This document shows positions 24,401 through 31,333 of a DNA stretch of 64,000 bases, piece by piece. Numbering within the stretch: the stretch's first letter is position 1; every line of letters begins with the position of its first letter. The stretch comes from Epithemia pelagica (Eukaryota > Protista > Bacillariophyta): assembly GCA_946965045.2 (NCBI GenBank), contig OX337228.1, positions 4,898,001 through 4,962,000 of the forward strand. The letters run 5' to 3'. A program made the translations under genes and the position numbers. The notes under the pieces were generated by a model that had not been told where the DNA came from, did not search any database, and worked only from the letters and a program-made list of their open reading frames with translations.

Positions 24401-24620
24401 TCGGCAAGAACAGAGTAAACAAATACTCCAACGGCAGTCAACTGCGTCACGTCGACAATGGACAGGGACGTCTGAAAGATCCCGATCTATTCTTGCAGAG
24501 AACAGTGCTGTCCCTGAGGACCATACCACCTTTGTTTCATCGAATGTTCCTTTCGACCAAAGCAAAACAAGTAGCCAGTGTACGTACAGACAAAACAGAA
24601 ACAAAAGAATGCGGAAGTAG
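21435..24620 (+). CDS. MULE transposase with FAR1/WRKY-like N-terminal Zn motif, DDE core and SWIM finger (ATG at 21435 or 21477)
   Basis: FPEVLFIDSTHKTN (D1), AITDGDAQE (D2), RCMYHIV (CxxH), NNSGEAMN (E) and SWIM CNCGYKHRHGIPCRHLFAI in an uninterrupted 1061-codon ORF. Confidence 0.95.
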   Translation: MSFFFIVPPYQHLIMASNESFQTAIDDAIHQQFHWHAELYFNDVEGHENPLELFQFTNKECFTAQRSTVKHERKHLVIFDRKKYPPDKDGIKKLSMALKTEGIRKGTNLISRNSPLVLSCYRCKKHTPSQSAEEALHTQSNTQQEQHSAESEEDPQFDEDGIMLGIRSYRIHRDKAQARANGKTTKRGTFTMRPIQSDQTCKVSLRLGVQEGPNGYIFLKQGCGHATHSFHPKPCPGDVPFQTRHLKDSTRQLILSARTASTGSTAIRYLVLQNQHELVGRGTIQHIQMVPEFLRHPSENHSTAFAMVSWLREKSQDSSVNLRYCFLSCNPLHDPGYHCHPKGRPPQQGRISIKEVRKNMEYDDVLQSTFRVGGPNTEEKQESHTISHNDDSLHQSVKLTRTLHKQFHLGDEMSKRIFLGSGWVDAESFAQFQRFPEVLFIDSTHKTNNEARPLLMVCGRDQCGKAFVIARIFMPNETSAFYRWIFLKCLPNILGTENLARVRMAITDGDAQEFEAVEESCLELLTNAKRGRCMYHIVQKTYERYISNHICRNQSGHMVLKGIKAWIYTWGDGSSCVSEDQYLLSKSLLLKKIQSKDFESMITTDGMSLIEKWLQEKIIPNERFFVFWSKRFLRCFDEYMNNSGEAMNRSCKRSDIAARPNMTMATSANAMLNQSILASRQRKSDQLRQLVEIPLYIKSNSQHNLDALKKISNLARHMVIQQYQQRKEYTIVRHDKVTWYVLRNGVTAGSEFNHIGNFGQMGLAPPCFKNAWKVNLDSCGILICNCGYKHRHGIPCRHLFAIEEEYNLSDIAIRWQLAYAYYAFDQNCHSITASYVNAMEVDHQGLKLKTQIETETSMVFPYIWSGTQYTIEEIYEVVNSCIPVCWNYSIDEYPKEYQATEKISSQQAVGDSGSLTIEDDIALAQSHEETDFEHFQYTQESVECPNHQLSFPINRETTQAEIITVLKDMLPLFDNNLSRYKLLQVLLNARQEQSKQILQRQSTASRRQWTGTSERSRSILAENSAVPEDHTTFVSSNVPFDQSKTSSQCTYRQNRNKRMRK

Positions 24621-24907
24621 ATTCCTATTCCACGACACGAGTGGTACGTGCTCCATAGGACACGTTATGACGGGATTACTGTAATGCAACAACGAAACAC
24701 TTCTGAAGACAAATTATGCCAAAGGGTTGGCTTTGATTAGCAATAGTAGTTTTCTCACTTCATGGATTTGTAGGAGAGTCAATAGTTACCAAACGCACCC
24801 TCACAGAAATGGGTCTTCTGAAACGCAGACAACAACACATGCTCTATAGGTCATAAGGCACAACAAAGAAGCATTTCCAACAATAAATCATATCAAAAGT
24901 ACTACTT

Positions 24908-26587
24908 TTAGGAAGTAGATGCCAAAAAGTTGACAATACACTCTTCCAAATCAGTCAATGGCAGGTTATTGTCATTTTTCCCAACGACAGCAGTCTTCAA
25001 GTACACAGAGAGACAAAGGACATCTGTTTCCACCACCCTCTTCGAAACACAATGGTGAACCTGAGGATTGAAAATCAAAATGTCTTGGTTTCGTAAAGCA
25101 ACTTTTTGGCCAAGTCCTGGAAAAACAAAATAGCATAACACTTCGTCACGATTTGGATTTGCCTCATCGGTCATTGCAACAACTGCCGAATATCCAAAGT
25201 CTTGGTCCTTATGTGCAGCTAAGAATACATTTCTTCCAAAAGCAATGGCCGAAAAAAATGTTGTCGGTTGTTTGATATCTTCTGATGAGAGAGTAGGAAT
25301 CTTTTGGATTTCTCTCATGTTTGCGCCAGCAAAAACCACTGACCAATCCATCCATTGACAAAAACTTTCCTCAATCTGTTTGACATATCGCACCAAGGTT
25401 GTCTTTTCTGTTTTCTTCAGTTTGCTAAGTTTCGATTCAATAAGACCACGCCCTCCACGATTGGCATGTACTCCCACGGTGATATAGCTGGATGCATGTG
25501 ATTCGTGACCGACAAAACGAGACTTGCCTCGTTGCTGTTTTGGAAATATACCTTCAAGCTTTGTTAAAGCAGAAACCAAACGCTTTTGCACACATTTGCT
25601 CGTCAGCTCTGGATTGTATGGAGCTTTTACAAAAATTGGTTGAGTGTTTGGATTCGGACGGAAAATTGCTCCCTCATCACCCACATCTGTTGTTGCAAAC
25701 ATTGACAGAGATTGAAATCTTGGGACAGTTGCACCTTTTGTTTTGTTTAGAGCGTAGTATTTGTCATTGGACTCCTCTTCCTTAAAAACAAAACAATGTC
25801 GGTCAAGCAAACTTTCATCCATCCGGCATTCGGTAGGAGCTTCTTTCACTTGGTGGTTGATCTCAATCCTGCTTGTTTTCTGGCTACGTCGTTTCCTTTG
25901 TTTTGGGCTACGTGGTTTGGAGCAAGCTTGGAGAACAGCCTCTGCAACTCTGGTTCTCTTCGAAGAGTTTCTGTTTGATTGGAACGTGTACACCATGGAA
26001 GTAACGTCTATTCTCTTTGCATCCATTCCCATGTTGAGATTCTGCATGATCTGAGTAGAAGATAATCCTTTAGCTCTTCCCGCCCTTGGTTTCATCTCAT
26101 CCTTTGAGGATGAATCCACCTTGGGCAAAGCGGTGAGCCCCTTTTTGCCTGGAAGGCGCGGGGCCAATCTGCCACTCTTAAGGAAGGCTTCAGGATCACC
26201 CACAGCACCAGTGGACAACTTCTTCACAGACGACTTGAGACCATCTCCCAATGCCATTCCCGCCCTTGGTTTCATCTCATCCTTTGAGGATGAATCCACC
26301 TCGGGCAAAGCGGTGAGCCCCTTTTTGCCTGGAAGGCACGGGGCCAATCTGCCACTCTTAAGGAAGGCTTCAGGATCACCCACAGCACCAGTGGACAACT
26401 TCTTCACAGAAGACTTGAGACCATCTCCCAATACCATTCCCGCCCTTGGTTTCATCTCATCCTTTGAGGATGAATCCACCTCGGGCAAAGCGGTGAGCCC
26501 CTTTTTGCCTGGAAGGCACGGGGCCAATCTGCCACTCTTAAGGAAGGCTTTGCAAGGGAAAAGATTACAATTATTGGATGATGCCAT
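24908..26587 (-). CDS. 2OG-Fe(II) dioxygenase, TET/JBP-like, with N-terminal 60-aa tandem repeats; the 5' end may extend by splicing
   Basis: HxD in FLAAHKDQDFGYS, the strand run YFVFPGLGQKVALRNQDILIFNP and distal His in VHHCVS fit the double-stranded beta-helix order of TET/JBP enzymes. First ATG is at 26587; the track start at 26617 is TTG. Confidence 0.7.
   Translation of the reverse strand: MASSNNCNLFPCKAFLKSGRLAPCLPGKKGLTALPEVDSSSKDEMKPRAGMVLGDGLKSSVKKLSTGAVGDPEAFLKSGRLAPCLPGKKGLTALPEVDSSSKDEMKPRAGMALGDGLKSSVKKLSTGAVGDPEAFLKSGRLAPRLPGKKGLTALPKVDSSSKDEMKPRAGRAKGLSSTQIMQNLNMGMDAKRIDVTSMVYTFQSNRNSSKRTRVAEAVLQACSKPRSPKQRKRRSQKTSRIEINHQVKEAPTECRMDESLLDRHCFVFKEEESNDKYYALNKTKGATVPRFQSLSMFATTDVGDEGAIFRPNPNTQPIFVKAPYNPELTSKCVQKRLVSALTKLEGIFPKQQRGKSRFVGHESHASSYITVGVHANRGGRGLIESKLSKLKKTEKTTLVRYVKQIEESFCQWMDWSVVFAGANMREIQKIPTLSSEDIKQPTTFFSAIAFGRNVFLAAHKDQDFGYSAVVAMTDEANPNRDEVLCYFVFPGLGQKVALRNQDILIFNPQVHHCVSKRVVETDVLCLSVYLKTAVVGKNDNNLPLTDLEECIVNFLASTS
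26077..26550. repeat. Coding tandem repeat, 180-bp period, ~2.6 copies
   Basis: Unit starts TTCCCGCCCTTGG at 26077, 26257 and 26437; encodes AFLKSGRLAPCLPGKKGLTALPEVDSSSKDEMKPRAG... on the minus strand. Confidence 0.97.
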
Positions 26588-26611
26588 AACACAATCACTA
26601 GAGTCTTGTTG

Positions 26612-27757
26612 GAACAAAAGCAGGGTACTGTTAGAATGGTCGTTGCCTGTAGTTTATTGAGCTGTATTGCATTGTCTTGTAGCACTTACCGTTGGAAAGT
26701 TATGGATTGACAGAGGACTAGAAAACAAAACAAGGGCAGCTCCAAAGGAAAATTGCAATCAATGATAGCTCAGGCCACCAATCTCGCCTGAACAAAAGCA
26801 GGGTACTGTTAGTATGGTCGTTGCCTGTAGTTTATTGAGCTGTATTGCATTGTCTTGTAGCACTTACCGTTGGAAAGTTATGGATTGACAGAGGACTAGA
26901 AAACAAAACAAGGGCAGCTCCAAAGGAAAATTGCAATCAATGATAGCTCAGGCCACCAATCTTGCCTGAACAAAAGCAGGGTACTGTTAGAATGGTCGTT
27001 GCCTGTAGTTTATTGAGCTGTATTGCATTGTCTTGTAGCACTTACCGTTGGAAAGTTATGGATTGACAGAGGACTAGAAAACAAAACAAGGGCAGCTCCA
27101 AAGGAAAATTGCAATCAATGATAGCTCAGGCCACCAATCTCGCCTGAACAAAAGCAGGGTAGTGTTAGAATGGTCGTTGCCTGTAGTTTATTGAGCTGTA
27201 TTGCATTGTCTTGTAGCACTTACCGTTGGAAAGTTATGGATTGACAGAGGACTAGAAAACAAAACAAGGGCAGCTCCAAAGGAAAATTGCAATCAATGAT
27301 AGCTCAGGCCACCAATCTCGCCTGAACAAAAGCAGGGTACTGTTAGAATGGTCGTTGCCTGTAGTTTATTGAGCTGTATTGCATTGTCTTGTAGCACTTA
27401 CCGTTGGAAAGATATGGATTGACAGAGGACTAGAAAACAAAACAAGGGCAGCTCCAAAGGAAAATTGCAATCAATGATAGCTCAGGCCACCAATCTCGCC
27501 TGAACAAAAGCAGGGTACTGTTAGAATGGTCGTTGCCTGTAGTTTATTGAGCTGTATTGCATTGTCTTGTAGCACGTACCGTTGGAAAGATATGGATTGA
27601 CAGAGGACTAGAAAACAAAACAAGGGCAGCTCCAAAGGAAAATTGCAATCAATGATAGCTCAGGCCGCCAATCTCGCCTGAACAAAAGCAGGGTACTGTT
27701 AGAATGGTCGTTGCCTGTATTTTATTGAGCTGTATTGCATTGTCTTGTAGCACTTAC
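26612..27757. repeat. Non-coding tandem array, 178-bp period, 6 full copies plus one partial copy
   Basis: Unit start AACAAAAGCAGGGT at 26613, 26791, 26969, 27147, 27325, 27503 and 27681; copies differ by only a few substitutions. Confidence 0.98.
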
Positions 27758-28040
27758 AGTTGTGGAGTTGCAAGTTGGGCTGCAATTGCTTCTTTTGCTG
27801 CTGTTTGCTGTGGTCGGAGGGTCTTTTTGGTGAGTTTTTGTTGGTTGTGGGGCGGGGAGAGACTGGGTCTGCTGTCTGACCTGAGTTTTCCACTGGTCAA
27901 TGGGATGTTGATCAGAAAGTTGTTTGGCAGTTGATGAGAGCGCGCCAGCCTGTCCCTCGGAGGGCCTGCGCGTTGGGAGGGAAATTTTTGATGTGAGTTT
28001 CTATATTGTACAGAAGGTCAGACGGAATGTTGGAGGCAGG

Positions 28041-28084
28041 ACAGACGAGCTAAGAAGCGGACAACTAGTCGGAGGGTAATACCC
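28041..28084 (-). repeat. Right terminal inverted repeat of the MULE
   Basis: ACAGACGAGCTAAGAAGCGGACAACTAGTCGGAGGG (28041-28076) is the reverse complement of 21259-21294 with one mismatch, followed by N5-CCC. Confidence 0.85.
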
Positions 28085-28410
28085 GTACTGCCGCCAGGTA
28101 GAATTCGATAGCGGTTAGCGTGTCTCGTGTCTCACTTTAGCAGCGGCCTCTGGTGGTAGCCTCCTATGTGAAAGAAGCAAGTTATGGGAGTAGCTGTACA
28201 AGTACTGGAGCTAACGAAGAGACGGAGGATAACTCTACCAATTTCTCTGCAACTTCCGGTAATGGACTCAAAACGTAGGTAATCCTTCTACCACTCAGAG
28301 TATCGTCACGATATAACATTTTTCATTATCACACATCACACAGTAATACCTCTTATATGATCATACTAGGTACAGATTATTTCAATATGAGGAAAACATC
28401 CAGAGTCACG

Positions 28411-28500
28411 GATGTCGGAGGATTTGGTAGATGTCGGATGATGTCGGATGATGTCGGAGGATGTCGGAGGATGTCGGATGATGTCGGATGATGTCGGATG
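28411..28500. repeat. 10-bp minisatellite ATGTCGGA(T/G)G, 7 contiguous copies at 28431-28500 plus one at ~28411
   Basis: Read directly from the sequence. Confidence 0.95.
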
Positions 28501-29017
28501 TTTTTATCGCCAAAAGAATATGTACTCTCCAGCAGTTGGAATTCTTCATGAGAAATCTCAAGGTTACAAGTCACTGATTGACGGTAGGCCCATCAACTGA
28601 AGGAGCACCGCTGGATTTTGAGGCAAACCATGTTTGCGCGCGAGCCCGAAACGACATCAAACAAGATCAAACGACATACAAACGACATACCTTTCGACAT
28701 TCCCGTTTGTTCCATACTAGAGAATGGTAAATCATATTCTATGGTATCATAATACGTACTTTGTATTAATATCGATCCTTTGTTTCGGTTTCGTCCGTTG
28801 GGTATTGGGAGAGAATATGCGACTCACGTGTAGTTACCGGAAGTTGCTGCCGCTGCACCGTAACCGTGGGCCGGACCACTCGACCGACACACAACAGACG
28901 GTGGGGCGATCGGTCGCGGTTAAAGATTTTCGTAAGGGTCAAGGCTCGAATTGTTGCCTCTTGTCTTCTTGAAAGTGTTGGTTGATCAGGGGTCCATAAG
29001 AGGATTGACACCTGAAA

Positions 29018-29570
29018 ATGTTCCGACGTCATAGACAGGTTGCGGCCTTAATCATTGTGTTGTTGCTTGGTTTGGTGAAGGTGTGCAATGGACAAGATCA
29101 AGAACCTCCCCACGTTGCATTCTTGTCCTCCATGAAAGAAAAGTTCGATGATATGGGTCCTCGGAGCAAATTTGCGGTTGGAGCAGCAGGAGGATTCGTC
29201 GTAACTCGCATTGCCCTGGGGACGGCCATGACTGCGATAAAAATTGGCGCTCTCGCCTACGTCACGTAAGATATTTGTCGAAAATTGAAGACACACGGCC
29301 ATCAAATTCTCACGCTCTAATTTTATTCAACATGTTAGATCCGAAGTGCTGGATTATACAGGCATGTTAGACGTTGACAAGTCAATTGCCGATTTGACCG
29401 AAAGTAATTTATTCAACAAGATTCAATCCACGGCGTCGACCTACGCTTCAAGCTTCAAATCAAAAGTACGACGTACACTTCATCCCTCGGTGATGCAAGA
29501 AATATTTGAGAAAGAACGAATGGCAGCGTTGGGGGGTACAAGTGGGATCGTAGTCGGACTTCTCTTATAG
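29018..29570 (+). CDS. Small membrane protein, possibly FUN14-like; intron 29266-29338
   Basis: Signal peptide; Gly-rich hydrophobic AVGAAGGFVVTRIALG...KIGALAYVT|SEVLDYTG; a GT-AG intron joins the two ORFs in frame. The family call is from resemblance only. Confidence 0.55.
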
Positions 29571-29971
29571 GAGTAGCTTATTGTAGAATCAGAAGATTGG
29601 ATAACCATCCTCCAATGGCACTATCATCATCGGAAGATTCAGTTCTCACGAACTGCCTTGATTTCCTCATCGATTCAGCAATCATAAATTTCCAAAACAA
29701 CACAATGCGGTTTATTCTGTTCCCACGGACTGCATTTCAACACAAGGGATCTTCAATCCCCGAGTTTATTTGTGTCCTGATAATTCTTAGGTACCCTCCA
29801 AAGAGGAGTACTCCTAGAAAGGAGTAGGAGTAGATGTGTCAACTCCAGCACTCAGGAGTACTCCTCTACCCCTACTAGTAGAAGTAATAGTTGAGTCATG
29901 GAAAGATGAATCGCGTATGATGGCGAAGAGATGACATGGTGACTGGTGACATTGGTGATCTGTGATCTGTA

Positions 29972-30586
29972 AGGGCTGGGTAAGCCGATCCATGTTCGGC
30001 TAGGTAGGTTCAGTACAAAAGCTACGTATTGTACATAAAATCCCATAGTACACGTCATACCTGAAATGGTGGGAAGTCCGAAAAAATGCAAAAACACTCC
30101 ACGATGACGGCGAGATCCGGTGATGCCGTATGCATTCACTCATGCATCGCATCAACATCCGACTACTGTAAGTTGTTTGAGTTTGCTAGTATTACTGCGT
30201 TCTGCAGCTACAGAAGATTTGTCGTGTTGGATCAAAAGGTATAATCATTTTTCTTTGGTGATGTATTCCAAAAACCTTCCTAACTTCATCATTTCTCAAC
30301 GGTGACTGAATCAAATTGAAAGCATAGTTGATCTAGTAGTAAAGAGTCTTATTCTAGAAGTGATTCAGTCAAGCCCAATTATCCAGGAAGTTATTGCCAT
30401 GGGGGTGATGGCTTCGACCATTGTCTAATGGTGGCTTCCGGATTGCATTGTTTCTCGTGGCGCCATGTTTTCGATTTGCGACTCGGTGTGACCATCCGCC
30501 CCACTTGTTACAGTCATGAAAATAGTACTACGTAGCTTAATGTACTGAACCTACCTAGCCGAACATGGATCGGCTTACCCAGCCCT
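29972..30586. mobile_element. Non-autonomous MITE, 615 bp, 46-bp perfect TIRs, TA target duplication
   Basis: TIR AGGGCTGGGTAAGCCGATCCATGTTCGGCTAGGTAGGTTCAGTACA at 29972-30017 with its exact reverse complement ending at 30586; TA at 29970-29971 and 30587-30588; no long ORF. Confidence 0.95.
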
Positions 30587-30644
30587 TACCTTATATGTCA
30601 TGAGGAGATCACCCATTCATCGTGATCACTATCGATGAAATAAG

Positions 30645-31223
30645 ATGATGGCTCGTGTTGCTCTTTCGATCCTTTTTATTTGCTCTTTGCAGCTTTCGGT
30701 TGCTTTTCAAGCCGTACTTCCCTCATTCAGGGCCTGCAAACCTTCCCATTATGTGGTTGTTTGTTCAATGGGTCTCTTCGATGGCATCAAAGACATGTTC
30801 AACGAAGATGCACAAAGAGAGCGTGAAGAAGCCAGGCAACGTCAACTCGACGAGCAAGAAGCTATCCAACGCGAGATGCTTGAACGAAGACGCAACCCTG
30901 ATAAGATGCAAGAATACATGAATGACCGTAAAGAACGCCTACAGAAATTTGCAGATGACCGAAAAGTATACAATTTTCAAAACAAGGTCGAGCCAGGGTA
31001 CGATCCGTTGACGGACTGGAAACGCCTTAGAGAAGAGGGAAAAATTGAAATCGGTGAAGATTTGAAAAGAGATGAAAATTCTGCTCGGCTTGGCTCGGAA
31101 GGTCTCCAGGAAGTCCGAGTTGACGAAAGAATGCCTTACATTGACCAGGGATACGTTGAAGAGAAGGAAAATGACGAAGGTCCCCTTGGACAACTCTTTG
31201 GTAACCTCTTGGGAAAGAAGTAG
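30645..31223 (+). CDS. Hypothetical plastid-targeted protein
   Basis: Signal peptide ending VA-F (ASAFAP-like cleavage), then a coiled-coil region and a DERMPYIDQGYV C-terminal block. Confidence 0.75.
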   Translation: MMARVALSILFICSLQLSVAFQAVLPSFRACKPSHYVVVCSMGLFDGIKDMFNEDAQREREEARQRQLDEQEAIQREMLERRRNPDKMQEYMNDRKERLQKFADDRKVYNFQNKVEPGYDPLTDWKRLREEGKIEIGEDLKRDENSARLGSEGLQEVRVDERMPYIDQGYVEEKENDEGPLGQLFGNLLGKK

Positions 31224-31333
31224 GGATTAGACTAGCAGTTTAATGTTTGACACAGATTCATATTACTGGTCTACTGCCGCATTCGTCGTAATTGATCCTT
31301 CGGACACCTGTGTCATAACATCTAGTGAGAACC

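Larger units (their letters stand above)
21251..28084. mobile_element. Mutator-like (MULE) DNA transposon, ~6.8 kb, with transposase and a convergent 2OG-Fe(II) dioxygenase cargo gene
   Basis: Inverted repeats at both ends (35/36 identical core), intact MULE transposase, and a second gene transcribed inward from the opposite end. No TSD found, so the exact ends are uncertain by ~10 bp. Confidence 0.85.

Noticed and set aside
26121-26660. 179-aa plus-strand ORF with repeats
   Set aside because: It is the antisense shadow of the repeat-coding part of the dioxygenase gene and starts at TTG.
26612-27757. 178-bp array as a CRISPR array
   Set aside because: Whole units are near-identical with no unique spacers, there are no cas genes, and the context is eukaryotic.
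21242-28095. Target-site duplication for the MULE
   Set aside because: I compared flanks for ends at 21251/28084 and at 21259/28076 and found no matching 8-10 bp direct repeat.
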